A DNA stretch of 64,000 bases, taken from NCBI GenBank assembly GCA_951406725.2, contig OX597817.1, positions 18,600,001-18,664,000 of the forward strand, in the 5' to 3' direction. This document shows positions 1 to 13,974 of this stretch, in pieces. The translations under genes and the position numbers were made by a program. The notes beneath the pieces were generated by a model. The model ran no database searches and was not told the DNA's origin. It saw only the letters and a program-made list of their open reading frames with translations. Source of the stretch: Octopus vulgaris. Its lineage: Eukaryota. The number at the start of each line of letters is the position of its first letter. Positions within the stretch are counted from its first letter, which is position 1.

Positions 1-440
1 ATGTAGCAAGGATGGCACGTATGAATGACGAAGCCACCTTGACTATGATTCTATGAACTGTAAAAATTAATACAGAGAGTTGCTTATTTGCAAAAAAAAA
101 AAAGAAATATAACATGTGACTTCATTGACCGAGGTTACCGTGGTCTTTTCCGTAGGCTTTTCCTTCCACGGGTAAACCTCCCCTGTCCTCCCCTTTACAC
201 TTCATATTGACATTTCTGTGATTACGATCCCTATTGGTCAACTTTTTTTTCCTCTCCCCTTTTCTTTTTTTCCCTCCCCCCTTTTTTAAAAAATCCTCCC
301 CTTTTTTTGCCCTCTTTCTTTCCTTTTACGATCCCTTTTGATCGAAAACCAACCCCCTTTTTTTTACCCCCAAAAGAAAAGCTCTACCTTGTAATTTGTT
401 CTGTCTGTGTGCAGTCCTGTGTGGCTAATAAAGAAACATA
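1..440 (+). mobile_element. 3' end of a non-LTR retrotransposon (probable L1/Tx1 type): ORF end plus T-rich 3' UTR
   Basis: Frame ends ...VARMARMNDEATLTMIL* at 56. Hairpin GGTTACCGTGG...CCACGGGTAAACC, pyrimidine-rich UTR, then AATAAAGAAA and (TCTA)n. Clade is inferred from UTR style only. Confidence 0.5.
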
Positions 441-465
441 TCTATCTATCTATCCATCCTTCTAC

Positions 466-551
<86 letters not shown>

Positions 552-614
552 GAACCCAGAAATTGAAAACAGAGGGTTACCCACTTGCAAACAAATGTGG
601 TAACATATAACAAT

Positions 615-990
615 ATTGACCAAGGTTACCGTTGTCTTTTTCGTAGGCTTTTCTTCCCACGGATAAACCTTACTTGCTTCCCCCTTTACACCATACATCA
701 TAACACTGTGATACACGATCCCTATTGATCGTTTTTTTCCCTCTTCCCCTATTTCCCCCTTTTTTCTTCTTTTTTCATTCCTCTTTTCTTTTGTTCCTTT
801 TCCTTTTTTTCTTTTTTTTTGTTCTTTTTTTCCCTTTTACGATCCCTTTTGATCGAAAACCTACGCCACCTTTTTTTGTTTGTTTTGTTTTTTGTTTTTT
901 GTTTTTTTCATCCCCCCAAAAGAAAAGCTCTACCTTGTAACTTGTCCCATCTGTGTGCAGACCTGTGTGGCCAATAAAGAAACTTATCTA
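615..990 (+). mobile_element. Second copy of the same LINE 3' UTR (direct repeat of ~124-440)
   Basis: Same start ATTGACC(A/G)AGGTTACCGT and same end CCTTGTAA...GTGTGG(C)(C/T)AATAAAGAAAC. Confidence 0.7.
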
Positions 991-1656
991 CATGCTTTGA
1001 TCATTTCCTTTTTACTTTCTTTTATCCTTTCAACATTTTCAAGATGCTTGTTGCTTTTTTTCTTACAACGTTTTATTTTTCTTCCTTTCCTCTTGCATTT
1101 CTATCTTTCTCAAACAATACCTACTTGCTTTTCTCCAGGTATTTTTCAGTTTATTATTATATTTTATGCATGCGTTCTTTAACATCAGCTAACATTGACT
1201 CGATATCTTGAAAATTTTTCAAGCATTCAAATTTCAAGAACTGAAGAATATAAAAATGTCAGTTATTTGTTAATTTGCTTTGCGAAAGGCAATATAAGGA
1301 AATGGTCAAAAGCTGGAACTAGGCTCGTGATTTCACTAGAATTTTACATCAGGGTATTAAAAGACAAACTAATGTTGCTTTTCCCTCAGTGACAACTCAG
1401 GGAATACTTGTGAAAATGAGAGAAACGAGATAGAAGGAAAGAAGAGAAAAATAGAGAAAGCTAAATGTGTGTGTGTGTGAATATATATTATACATGTAAA
1501 ATGTATATATATATATAAGGGATATATCGGTGTATATGTGTGTGTGTGTTTACAGTATACGCATAGAAGCACACGAACCTATAGTTATGCCTATGTGTAT
1601 ATAAATACAATGGAGTGGTGATTAGATGTTTAGAGAGGCGTATTGAGTGCTTAGAG

Positions 1657-1875
1657 CAGCGGTTTTCAACCAGGGTTCCGCGGAACCTTAGGGTTCCTCC
1701 AGTACAGTCCAGGGGTTCCGCAAGAAGTTACAAAACTGCTAAAATCGGCAGTAATTTTTAATTCTCCTGTTCAGATATGTGTGCATAAGACTATTAAATT
1801 ATTGCACAGGGGTTCCACGAGCCAGTGGAATGTTTCCTTGGGGTTCCGCACCAGCAAAAAGTTTGAAAAGCACTG
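1657..1875. mobile_element. Non-autonomous hAT (Charlie/MER5-like) MITE, 219 bp
   Basis: TIRs CAGCGGTTTTCAA / TTGAAAAGCACTG; perfect 8-bp TSD GCTTAGAG at 1649-1656 and 1876-1883. Confidence 0.9.
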
Positions 1876-2050
1876 GCTTAGAGAGCCAACGCTCGGAGAG
1901 AGATTGCTTATGAACAGATATGAGCTTTTTCTCATTTCAGAGGAGAGTTGCGGATAGGCGAAATGGCACCGATGATGCAAACTTAGGAAAAAATAGAACA
2001 CAAAATATGAGTAAATGTATATTTTTATCAATATTTCGCAGAAATTAATT

Positions 2051-2429
2051 TCTTTTATTCTTTTATTCTTTTACTTGTTTCAGTCATTTGACTGTGGCCA
2101 TGCTGGAGCACCGCCTTTAGTCGATCAAATCGACCCCAGCACTTATTCTTTGTAAGCCTAGAACTTATTCTATCGGTCTCTCTTGCCGAACCGCTAAGTT
2201 ACGGGGTCGTAAACACACAACCATCAGTTGTCAAGCGATGTTGGGGGGACAAACACAGACACATACACATACACACACACATATATAAATATATAAGACG
2301 GGCTTCTTTCAGTTTCCATCTACCAAATCCCGAGGCTATAGTAGAAGATACTTGCCCAAAGTGCAAGTGAGAGTGAACCCGGAACCATGTGGTTGGTAAG
2401 CAAGCTACTTACCACACAACCTCTCCTGC
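2051..2429 (-). mobile_element. tRNA-derived SINE family A
   Basis: Pol III-like head, CORE-like (C/T)TTGGGCAAGT, internal TA/TG tract, tail CATGGCCACAGTCAAATGACTGAAACAAGT(AAAAGAAT)n; matches copies at 10159 and 39784. Confidence 0.85.
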
Positions 2430-2535
2430 TAAAATTTGATAAATAAATAAATATATAATATAGTCTGTAACATTCATATTATCAAAGCAAAGCTCTCGAA
2501 CTGGCTTTCTCCATTAGCATTTATATAACTTAATA

Positions 2536-2570
<35 letters not shown>

Positions 2571-2651
2571 AATAAATAAATAAATAAAACATGCATATAT
2601 ACATACATATATGTACGTACCTACCTCTACATGTATATATACATGTATATA

Positions 2652-3023
2652 TGGGTACAGGACACCAAAAAAAACGTCGAGCACAATGAGAAACGAAAAC
2701 ATAAACACAAAACCAAGGAAATGGGCATATTTTTAAACAACGAAAAATTAGAGTACAGGACATACAAAACATGGAAAATTCCCCTTCTTCAGTCGCCTTA
2801 GATTCATCTACTCCACGTTTCGAAGGCCAAGGCGATACATGACTTCAATGAAAATTTCCTTCCCGCGAAAATCAAATTAAATAAAATTTGAGTTTTTTTG
2901 CGGAAAAATGGTAACAAAAATAGGACAGTAACGACAGTACAAAATATAAACAGTAAAGGACAGGCGACGGAGAATAACAGTAACACAAACGAGAAGGGCT
3001 GTTAAGCCAAACAAGATAAAATG

Positions 3024-3025
<2 letters not shown>
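2652..3025 (-). mobile_element. Probable PLE pseudo-LTR fragment in TA-rich microsatellite
   Basis: Flanked by TA-rich tracts; HHR core words GAAAC and CUGAAGA at 2781-2835 (minus). Confidence 0.4.
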
Positions 3026-3075
<50 letters not shown>

Positions 3076-3090
3076 AATATATATATATAT

Positions 3091-3295
3091 AGTCAATTCA
3101 TGTAAACGAGTAAAATTAACGGACAACAAGAGGGCGTGCACAAGGAATGTATAAGCTTGACACTCGGTGAAAAGAGAAAGTTTGACGTTTCGAGCATAAC
3201 TCTTTGTCGGAAACGAGAAGAGGAAACCTCTAAAGAAGTAAAAGAAATCAGCAACAACCTGTGTGTAGTTACATTGCTGAAATGACCATCAGGGT
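3091..3295 (-). mobile_element. Neptune-type PLE pseudo-LTR with degenerate minimal HHR (3180-3214)
   Basis: Abuts (TA)n. Minus strand GUUU-CCGACAA-A-GAGUUAUGCUC-GAAAC-GUC-AAAC. Same layout as 19091, 44581 and 58861. Confidence 0.65.
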
Positions 3296-3546
3296 TACTA
3301 GCATAAAGTGTAATGGAACCAGAATGCTTACCCTAACCAAGGCTTACTAAATTAGCGTTTGGGGAGCCTGCATATGCAGGCTCGTTGCGTTATTGTTTAT
3401 GAAATATGGCAGTGATGAAAGATAGTTGGCCGGTGTATTGCCAAGAATAGTAAACCAGTTCGTTTTTGTAACTCTGCAAAGCTAAACTAAAAACAAAATA
3501 ATTATTTAGAATTGTTTAATGATTAAGTTCTATAAATTAAGTACCA

Positions 3547-3819
3547 GTCGACCTCGGCGGAATTTGAATTGAGAACGTAAAGGCAGACGAATTACCTATT
3601 TCTTTATTACCCACAAGGGGCTAAACATAGAGGGGTCAAACAAGGACAGACATAGGTATTAAGTCGATTACATCGACCCCAGTACTTGAATTTATCGACC
3701 CCGAAAGGATGAAAGGCAAAGTCGATCTCGGCGGAATTTGAACTCAGAGCGTAACGACAGACGAAATACCGCTACGCATTTCGCCCGGCGTGCTAACGTT
3801 TCTGCCAGCACGCCGCCTT
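3547..3819 (-). mobile_element. tRNA-derived SINE family B (Meta/MESC-like core), partial dimer
   Basis: Head GGCGGCG(A/T)GCTGGCAGAAACGTTAG, B-box GAGTTCAAATTC, core GCCTTTCATCCTTTCGGGGTCGAT, tail ending AAAGAAATA, then re-entry at GGTA(A)TTCGTCTG. Confidence 0.85.
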
Positions 3820-3843
3820 ATTAAAAGTAAAATAATATACTTA

Positions 3844-4191
3844 TATTACGGAGATGTACTCGCATAGCAAGTAATTTGATCTGAGATCGTGTGCTGAAAC
3901 GAAAACAATTGCAGCGTGGAAGGTGTTTATAAGCCATTTAAGAAACACACAAAAGCCGTCCAATTCACTTCCACATTTAAGTTTAATTTGTCAAAATATT
4001 TTCGTCGCTAAAATCCGCGACCTTTTCACTGACAAAAATCTATGCTGCATCTCGGATTTTTATCAGTGAAAAGGTCGCGGATTTTAGCGACGAAAATATT
4101 TTGACAAATTAAACTTAAATGTTGAAGTGAATCGAACGGCTTTTGTGTGTTTCTTAAATGGCTTATAAACACCTTCCACGCTGCAATTGTT
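3844..4191. mobile_element. Non-coding fold-back element (PLE-derived, inverted pLTR), HHR-like motif in each arm
   Basis: Arms 3904-4041 and 4054-4191 are near-perfect inverted repeats, with a one-sided ~60-bp extension (3844-3903). Homologous to 43267-43610 and 59815-59943. Confidence 0.8.
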
Positions 4192-4539
4192 AATATGCTT
4201 ATAATATACTTGAACTGAAGTATCGGCATAAGCATTGGTTTTCCTCATACTGCCTTACATTTGAGAGAGTTGCTTGGGGCTTAAAATGGCAGCTAGCTGT
4301 AAAATTCATATGTTCGGATGTAGAGTATTGCCTTCCCCTTTATGAGGAAATATTAAATATCAGAATAAGCTCGTTCTTGGCTGGTTGCATTACTTAACTT
4401 AGATGGCAATACCTAGCGTCTACTCTTTCTCTCCATCTATTTTGATCAATGTTTCTTTTCTTTTGTGAATAACCTAGGATTTTGAAAGTTATTAAGAAAG
4501 ATCTTTATTGGAATCTACGAAAAAAATCACCATCATAAT

Positions 4540-4598
4540 CAACACTGCCACAACCATCATCACCATCACAACCCTCCACCACCACCACCGCTACCACC

Positions 4599-4632
<34 letters not shown>

Positions 4633-4734
4633 TCATCTGTTAGTCTTTCTTTCTCTCTCTCTCTCTCTCTCGCACTCACTCACTCACTCACTCACTCACT
4701 CACTCACTCACTCACTCATTCTCTCATTCAGTCA

Positions 4735-4810
<76 letters not shown>

Positions 4811-4850
4811 GTCTGTCTGTCTATCTGTCTTCTGCCTGTCTATCTATCTG

Positions 4851-4945
<95 letters not shown>

Positions 4946-4953
4946 TCTTCCTG

Positions 4954-5030
<77 letters not shown>
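4540..5030. repeat. Compound microsatellite (CAC/CAT)n(CT)n(CACT)n(TCTA/TCTG)n
   Basis: Direct reading. Confidence 0.95.
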
Positions 5031-5031
<1 letters not shown>

Positions 5032-5807
5032 AGTTTGTCTGTCTCTCTATTTCCCTTTCTATCTGCCTAGCTAGAAATCTACAAATCTAGATGCATCTGA
5101 TAGACACATAGGCAAATAAATAGACACGTACATAATCACCCAGTTTGGTTGACGCTAGAAAATACATATATATTCAAAAGAAACTTTTGCAAACATCGGA
5201 ATGAACGCTTATCTCATTTTCCAGTTATTTTTATTTCGTTATTAAATAAATTTGTATTAGACATAAAATATGTATTGAAGCAATTTTTGGTAAATTTAAT
5301 CAATTGTCAAACAGCTCCTGAAAACTGGTTAGAACTTATTCGTTCAATATAGTAATTGGCACCTTTAGTCAGATTTCCCATAGTGACAACTTACCATCTA
5401 TTAACTAATGTCCTTGGCAATGTTTCTTTAAAAATTTTACTCTACGTTATATATAATTTGCTTTTTACAGACACTGCTACACAAGTACTCTTATGCTCTT
5501 TTCTCACCAGAGTGATGCTAAAGAAGCAATGAATGAATGCCTTCTAAACATTCTGTAAATAACGTCATTTGGGGGTGTTAAAGTGAATTGCATAATTGGA
5601 TTTCTAGAAAGTCTCCTTCGGAATCCCTAAATTGGAAACTATGAGTGACTAGCCTGAAGTTACATAATTAAATTGTATTGGCTTTGACTCAAATCGATAT
5701 AAACAGTTCGTCGTGTGTGAACCAAATATACTAACAAAGGACGCAGTGGAACAACCCATTCATCTTATACCAATTCCCCTACTATTTCTTCTTTCTTTAC
5801 TACTAGT

Positions 5808-5901
5808 TCTTCTTCTTCTTCTTCTTCTTCTTCTTCTTCTTCTTCTTCTTCTTCTTCTTCTTCTTCTTCTTCTTCTTCTTCTTCTTCTTCTTCTTCTTCT
5901 T
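5808..5901. repeat. (CTT)n microsatellite
   Basis: Direct reading. Confidence 0.95.
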
Positions 5902-6340
5902 TACTTTCCTTTTACATGCAAACAAAATGAAAAAAAAATGGCATATATCTCAGAACCGACCAATTACAATGTTTTCAGAGATAAACTGTTCTAAAAGGCA
6001 ACTAACAATAACAGAAACAACAACAACAATAACAACAACAACTGCAACGGATATAACAACTTTCGCATGAACAGCCATAACACAAAGGAAACTTTTCAAG
6101 AAAACTTTTTGTTTTCGAAATTGATCGAATCTGACTCAAGGAAATAATGCAGGCCCTGTCAAAGTCAGGGTATATTTTGGAGGGGATTTCTCTCAGATTA
6201 CATAACTATCCTAAATAACAAAGGCTCCAATCCTATACTTGCTTATTAGGCCCAAATGCATGCCAATGTATGACATGATACATACATGCAAACACACACA
6301 TAAACATATATACACACATACACGCACACAGGCACACACA

Positions 6341-6397
<57 letters not shown>

Positions 6398-6891
6398 AGT
6401 ATTACAAGTAGAGCTATGGCCAGATATTTCGACAATCGTTTCTACGGAATGGACCTGCTGAACATTTAGGCATAGTTCACATATATAATTAATAATGGGG
6501 CGGTAGAGAGCTGTTTCCAAGGTATTTTGTAATAGAGTTAATGGTGTATGTGAGACTCAGGTGGAATTTTGCAGATATGCTGAGACGATAATTTTACCTT
6601 TTTTATTGTTGCTATCATGATAGTAACGGTGTTGGTCATGGTGGTTTGTTTTAACATGGGGAAGGCAAAGATGAAACAGCTATTCCAGTCAGAAATTTCA
6701 AGCTCCTGGCGTTTTGCCAAATTATTCAACACTTTTCGTTTTAATACGTTTTTGAAAAGAATGAGCAAACTTCACGGAAACAATACCCAAATTCCACCCG
6801 AAAGGTGACTACTCAAAGCAGATTGGCTGCTATATTGAAGTTGTCAGTTTAGTGACAGCACTCTACTTAATAACTTCGCTGTTCCCACTAT

Positions 6892-7278
6892 GGATGGAAG
6901 CACTCCGTCGGTTGCGACGACGAGGGTTCCGGTTGATCCGAATCAACGGAACAGCCTGCTCGTGAAATTAACGTGTAAGTGGCTGAGCACTCCACAGACA
7001 CGTGTACCCTTGACGTAGTTCTCGGGGATATTCAGCGTGACACAGAGAGTGACAAGGCCGGCCCTTTGAAATACAGGTACAACAGAAACAGGAAGTAAGA
7101 GTGAGAGAAAGTTGTGGTGGAAGAGTACAGCAGGGATCACCACCATCCCCTGCCGGAGCCTCGTGGAGCTTTAGGTGTTTTCGCTCAATAAACACTCACA
7201 ACGCCCGGTCTGGGAATCGAAACCGCGATCCTATGACCGCGAGTCCGCTGCCCGAACCACTGGGCCATTGCGCCTCCA
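6892..7278 (-). mobile_element. tRNA-derived SINE family C
   Basis: Head TGGAGGCGCAATGGCCCAGTGG...GGTTTCGATTCCC; 13-bp TSD CTGTTCCCACTAT (6879-6891, 7279-7291); second copy at 48408. Confidence 0.9.
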
Positions 7279-7384
7279 CTGTTCCCACTATAGCGGTCTT
7301 CTGACTGCATAGATATCAATGTTGCTTAGGATGCAATTGGTGAGCTTTTCCACTCCATTTTTTTATGTGTCTTAAAGCACCACT

Positions 7385-8810
<1,426 letters not shown>

Positions 8811-8837
8811 TGTACTATGTGTTTCCGGCTTCAGATT

Positions 8838-9040
8838 ATTTTTATTATAACCCCTGCCTTAGCGAAGGTGGAAGTATTGTTTCCAGTCGTGTTTATTTAT
8901 TTGTGTGTTTGTTCGTGGACAAGATATCTTAAGAACCGCTTGATGGATTCGGATCATACTTTCAGGGATCTTTGGCCTCGTAACTGGCACGAACTGATTA
9001 GATTTTGAAATCGATCCGGTACCAGACAAGGATTCTGGTT
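8838..9040 (+). mobile_element. Helentron-associated (HINE/DINE-1-like) fragment
   Basis: T-rich start, hairpin CCTGCCTT-AGCG-AAGGTGG, GTTT-like tract, then AAGATATCTTAAGAACCGCTTGATGGATT. Recognised by pattern. Confidence 0.55.
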
Positions 9041-9051
9041 ATTATTATTAA

Positions 9052-9115
<64 letters not shown>

Positions 9116-9625
9116 GAGTGAGAGAGCAGTGCATGCCATCAAATTGACAGCGCGGTAAAATATACGAAGCCCAGTATACCCACCATGACTACCCGTCTGA
9201 TAAGGGTACACTAGGCACATGCATCACAACCATATGTGCACGACATGGTGATCTCATATCAAGATAAAAAGCGCATGACTTTGCAGGTGGGGCCCAGTTA
9301 GACTTTTCCTCTGGTCGAGTAGCACATCCCTCTCAAAAGGTCCCTGAATAAGGATTGTTTAAGTATGTTGAACGAACCACCCGTGTTTCCCAAGGTGAAT
9401 TATCCAAACCTATAAGAATTTCTTTCAACACATAGCTATGATGCTCCCCCACTACTTCTGTTCATGATCAGAGATGCACATATCGTCAGCTACTAAGTGA
9501 CATGCTCAAGTGTTTAAGGACCAGCAGCTCACAAACAAATATGTGGTATTGAGCAGAATATTTGATGTAGTCCATCTTTTATACCAAGACAAAACATATA
9601 CATGATAACACTTCTAATCAAACCT
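9116..9625 (-). mobile_element. Interspersed repeat, probable LINE 3' UTR ending in (TAA)n
   Basis: Higher-GC block abutting a long (TTA)n tract; family not assignable by eye. Confidence 0.35.
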
Positions 9626-9653
9626 TTGGAATCTACAAGTTAAGGACAGTCTT

Positions 9654-9965
9654 TCAAGTGCATAGAAGTCCCCTGATTATCCTTGCTACCCCTAAGAGAC
9701 AAACATTCTGTAGGAGCTCTATTGTTCTCATGCTCCAAATTGTTTCTATTTTAGTCTTTAAGGGATTGCATTTTTTTGGTTCATCTTCCACTTTCTTTAC
9801 TATCGTGGTATCAAACGAGCATGATGGGTCAATAAGCAAGCAACTCCACTTTTCCATATCTATAATCCTTGTGCCTGGTCTATTATTTTCTAATTTGTCT
9901 GTTTGAATAGGATAGTCCCACAAAATCTTATATTTCTCCGACTCCATTATTATTTCCATTATCAT
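9654..9965 (-). pseudogene. Dong/R4 LINE endonuclease C-terminal fragment
   Basis: ILWDYPIQTDKLENNRPG...LLIDPSC...LQNVCLLGVARIIR. Confidence 0.8.
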
Positions 9966-10158
9966 CTTTCAATTATGTTTCGATTTCTTGCCGAGTGTCT
10001 TCTTCACACCTAAGGCAGAGAAACACTCTCTATTCATTAGTAGGCCATTAAAATAAACACATCAGATTGTTCATTTACAAAGTTATGTGACAGAGAAAAG
10101 GGGAAGAAAGACAGAGAGAAAAACGAAAAAATAAAAGATAAGAAGTAAACAGGCGCAA

Positions 10159-10318
10159 GCAAGCATGGCTGTGTGGTAAGAAGCTTGCTTCCCAACCACA
10201 TGATTACGGGTTCAGTCCCTGTTCGTGACACCTTGGGCAAGTGTCTTCTACTATAGTCTCGGGTCGTCCAAAGCCTTGTGATGGGATTTGGTAGACGGAA
10301 ACTGAAAGAAGCCCATCG

Positions 10319-10354
<36 letters not shown>

Positions 10355-10580
10355 CGCACTTGCGCGCGCGTATGTGTTTGTCCCCTACTCACCATTGCTT
10401 GACAACCGATTTTGGTTTGTCTATGTCCCCGTAACCTAGCTGCTCGGCAAAGGGACCGATAGAAAAAGTTCTAGGTTTACAAAGAATAAGTCCCGGGGTT
10501 GATTTGTTCGACTAAAGGTGGTGCTTCAGTATGGCCGCAGTCAAATGACTGAAACAAGTAGAAGAATAAAAGAATAAAAA
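10159..10580 (+). mobile_element. SINE family A, full length
   Basis: Head TGGCTGTGTGGTAAG...GGGTTCAGTCCC, ACCTTGGGCAAGT, internal (TA)n(TG)n, GACTGAAACAAGT tail. Confidence 0.85.
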
Positions 10581-11339
10581 TAATAAAGGGTAAAAAAGTA
10601 AAGAAAATTCACAGCGACAATGCACTTATCAGTACGTGTGGCGTACCATTTACGACAAACTTTTGCATTCCTGCATGGGAGGTAAGCCAGCGATCATTCT
10701 CAAATTCTTTTCAGTCCCTTTTTTGATATTATTATTGTTGTTGTTGTCGCTAGTGTTATTTACGAGCTCTTCGAAGTCTCATCCTAAAACTTCAAATAGC
10801 AACAAGCTGTACGTTTTATTATGGGTGATATTTATGATTATATTATAGGGAAACTGGGTCAGAATCTGAGAAACAAGCTTCTACTAAATTTGAACTTTCA
10901 GTTTAGAATACAATCAAATATTTCGAATATTCTTCTTCAATGTGAGCACCAACCCTGAACAGAATCTTTGGAATTTCTGATAACGTTAGATTTCCTGCTA
11001 TTTGGACATTGTGATTAAGAGCACCAGTTGGTATTATCCCCCAAAGCTCCGATGATCATTGATACAGTCTGTTGTTCTTTTAACCCTTGGTATTTTGCTA
11101 TCTTCTGACGTTCATTTTTCTACAACTCTTGTATCGAACTGTCTGGTAACATCGATTTCATCCTCTTCATTAAGAACAACAACAATTGGAGGTGAATATT
11201 CTATTTGCTTTCTGTTTAGAGTTTCACACCCCGCAGTACATTGCGTGGTCATTTTCAAGGTTGGATTTTGTTTTAAGGTCAAATCATTTCTCCATATCTT
11301 CAAATTGATATTTTTTTAACATTTGTCAATTTTAAAAAC

Positions 11340-11593
11340 CTTGTCATGTTTCTGTAGGCCCTCTGAACAAGCATTTTACATTCGAAGTCCTTGTACGCAA
11401 CCGTCCCTTATATTTTACTGCAAATTCTACATTTAGCCGAGACGAAACCATTAATTATGATCACGTTAAACAGCTCAGAATAATGGTCTGCATATTCATT
11501 CCAAACACGTCTCTTCAGATTTGAACGTATGTTCATTTTTGTAGGATTTTTTTCTTCAGACGATGTCTGTTGAAAACTGACTTGATTGAGCAA
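11340..11593 (-). pseudogene. Possible decayed BED zinc finger (hAT transposase N-terminus)
   Basis: VW...F...AKCRICSK then, after a frameshift, YKGRLRTRTSNVK, resembling BED CxxC...GTSNL. Confidence 0.35.
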
Positions 11594-12973
11594 ACTGCGG
11601 TTACATTCCGCCGCCAGTGTTCTGAATATCCCTGTGTCACCTTAGGGAAAACTACTCCCTCCTCTCTGAAACTAAACAAGATTAGTCACCGTTGTTTGTA
11701 GATTTCAGCAAACAAATTATTTGCTGAAGCGTGCATATGCCTAGAATGTCATTACCGAATTATTGTGAGCATGTAAAAACAAAGAAATTCATTCATTATT
11801 CAACATGAGACGCCATAGATTTTAAGGAAAGGGAAATTTGATGCAGAGATGCTAATGTTTATATTTTTTCTACAGCATTAGTGTTTCAAGTGAAGTGTAG
11901 CGAATAGATTTCAGAAAGAATGGAAACTACCTTTTAATCTCGGTTTTCTAAAAGCACACCATTTATTCTATACGTAACATGTAACAAATCAATACTCATA
12001 CGACTAAAATTTATTTTTCTACATTTTCAACTCAACTCAAAGATAATTCTCTAAAATTCAATTTAATTCATGTAACACGTGAAAAAAATTGAGAATGATT
12101 TTTTAAAATTGCGACAGATATATGTAATTACTCTAAAAGAATAAGTTTCAATGAAATGTTAGTTCCAACAAACCATAACTTTTAACAAGATTTAGACACT
12201 GCGAAGTAATTAATTTTTAATTTAAATAAATATTTTCGTTCTTTCATAACTTATATATTGTCTTAGTGTGTGACACAGTATATATATGACCTTCCTTCGA
12301 ATATATTCAATAATAAAAATTTGATTTGCACTTGTAGATAGTGCACGTCAGTTATAAGGTTATTGAATTAACATTGCAAACTTCTATGATCATGTTCCAA
12401 GTAAATTTGAAACCTGTAAGGTTCATAAAAATAGAGTCCATGTTAACTTCGTGACTATTATGGAGTAATGCTTGATGTTGTTTAACTCTGTGTCAGATGT
12501 ATAATCAAAGACATTCCAAGTACGATCCGCCTGTCTTGCTTTGGCATAGTATATCCAGGATTAAAGAAATCAATGGGTCCTTTTCCTTGAGCTTTAGTCC
12601 CATGTAAAACCAGATGGAGCAAGCCGTTCAAGTCATGGCTAATCCATACATTTTTTTTAGGCATCGTGTACTACAAGATAACGCATGTCTGTGTGAGTGT
12701 GCGCGTGTGCATATGTGAATGCGTGCGTATATATAATTTAATATAAAAAGAATTTACAATTATTTGCAGATTTTGCAGTAGACTACCAGTTCATTCAGAC
12801 CAAAGCTTAAACATTTAAATATTTACTACATCAGTATCATATATGCGAAATATTCGTATATTAATCCACGTTGTTTGAGAGCCACTAAGCGTAGTGAGTA
12901 AAGGTGAAACAGAAATTTAACAGACGGGTTGAGAATGGAAGTTTATATAGGCTCATTTCATAGCGAAACCTGA

Positions 12974-13372
12974 TCTTTATATATAAAAGTCAAGTTGTGC
13001 GTCTGTCTCCAACGATTTAGATTCTTAACTACTCCCACATTTTGCGGTGCAGTTTAACCAAAACCGGGTATCTTAAAGTCGTGATTTATATCGAGCCCTT
13101 CTGGGTATTAGCGCGTGTCTACGATGAGTCTACGATTTAAAAAAAAAAATTACCATCATTTTTTTCCATTTTAATGCATTTCTTTGGCTATTATATAAGG
13201 GAAGTAACTCTCTAAAAATGTCTTCGATGAGTCAACGATATAAAAAAAAATTACTATCATTTTTTTCCCCTTTTTAATGCATTTTTTTGCTACTTTTTGG
13301 CTATAACTCTCTGAAAATGCTTATATAGTTATTTCCCTTACAAACCCGAGCAACGCCGGGCGATACTGCTAG
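12974..13372 (+). mobile_element. Non-autonomous Helitron, 399 bp
   Basis: A|TC 5' end, subterminal hairpin CCCG-AGCAACGC-CGGG, CTAG|T 3' end, no TSD. Confidence 0.85.
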
Positions 13373-13974
13373 TTTAATATAAAAGTAGATATGCGTAGTA
13401 GTATCTATGACTAATAAATTTGTGCGAGTTTGTGTATTGTGCTTGCGTAAGAGTTAACGCCGCTTGGATTTTAGAATAGGTTTATAAAATGTGGATGACA
13501 GAATTGAAAAGGATAAAAAATTATGAATGAATGCAAAAAAAGGTTTTAAGCTGGTTTAGCCTTAAGAAAGAACGAGACGAATAAGAAGATTTGATGTATT
13601 AATGTGGAATATCTATGAAGACGAATACTCACACAAGCGTTTATACATACACATGCATGCTTATATACGCTCCAGTTTTTCGCCTTGTTGCAATAAATCG
13701 GCATCCTGAATGAGTTTACCGACACCAAGCACCTCAATACCTGTCTAATATATTACTCTTTCCCACAATCCACTACACTTACAAGCTATTTAATATCCTG
13801 CATAAGCAGGCAATCCCTCCCCCTCTCTGATTTCTATTTTGAAAACTTAGCAATTCAAACTACAAATTACATACGCATGCGTCCGCAAACTACACAAATG
13901 CATATGTTTATATATGTAGTCATGTGCATGGACACCTATTTATGTATATATATATGTGCATATATAATATATCC

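Noticed and set aside
7200-7278. tRNA genes at SINE heads
   Set aside because: A/B boxes are present but there is no full cloverleaf, and they lie in TSD-flanked SINEs.
10530-10562. SINE A tail (hairpin-GAAAC-AA-GUA) as a hammerhead
   Set aside because: No NUGAN-type 5' core and no stem I.
12776-12840. Minus-strand CUGAUGU...GAAC-UGGUA-GUC
   Set aside because: Two core defects and no clear stem II.
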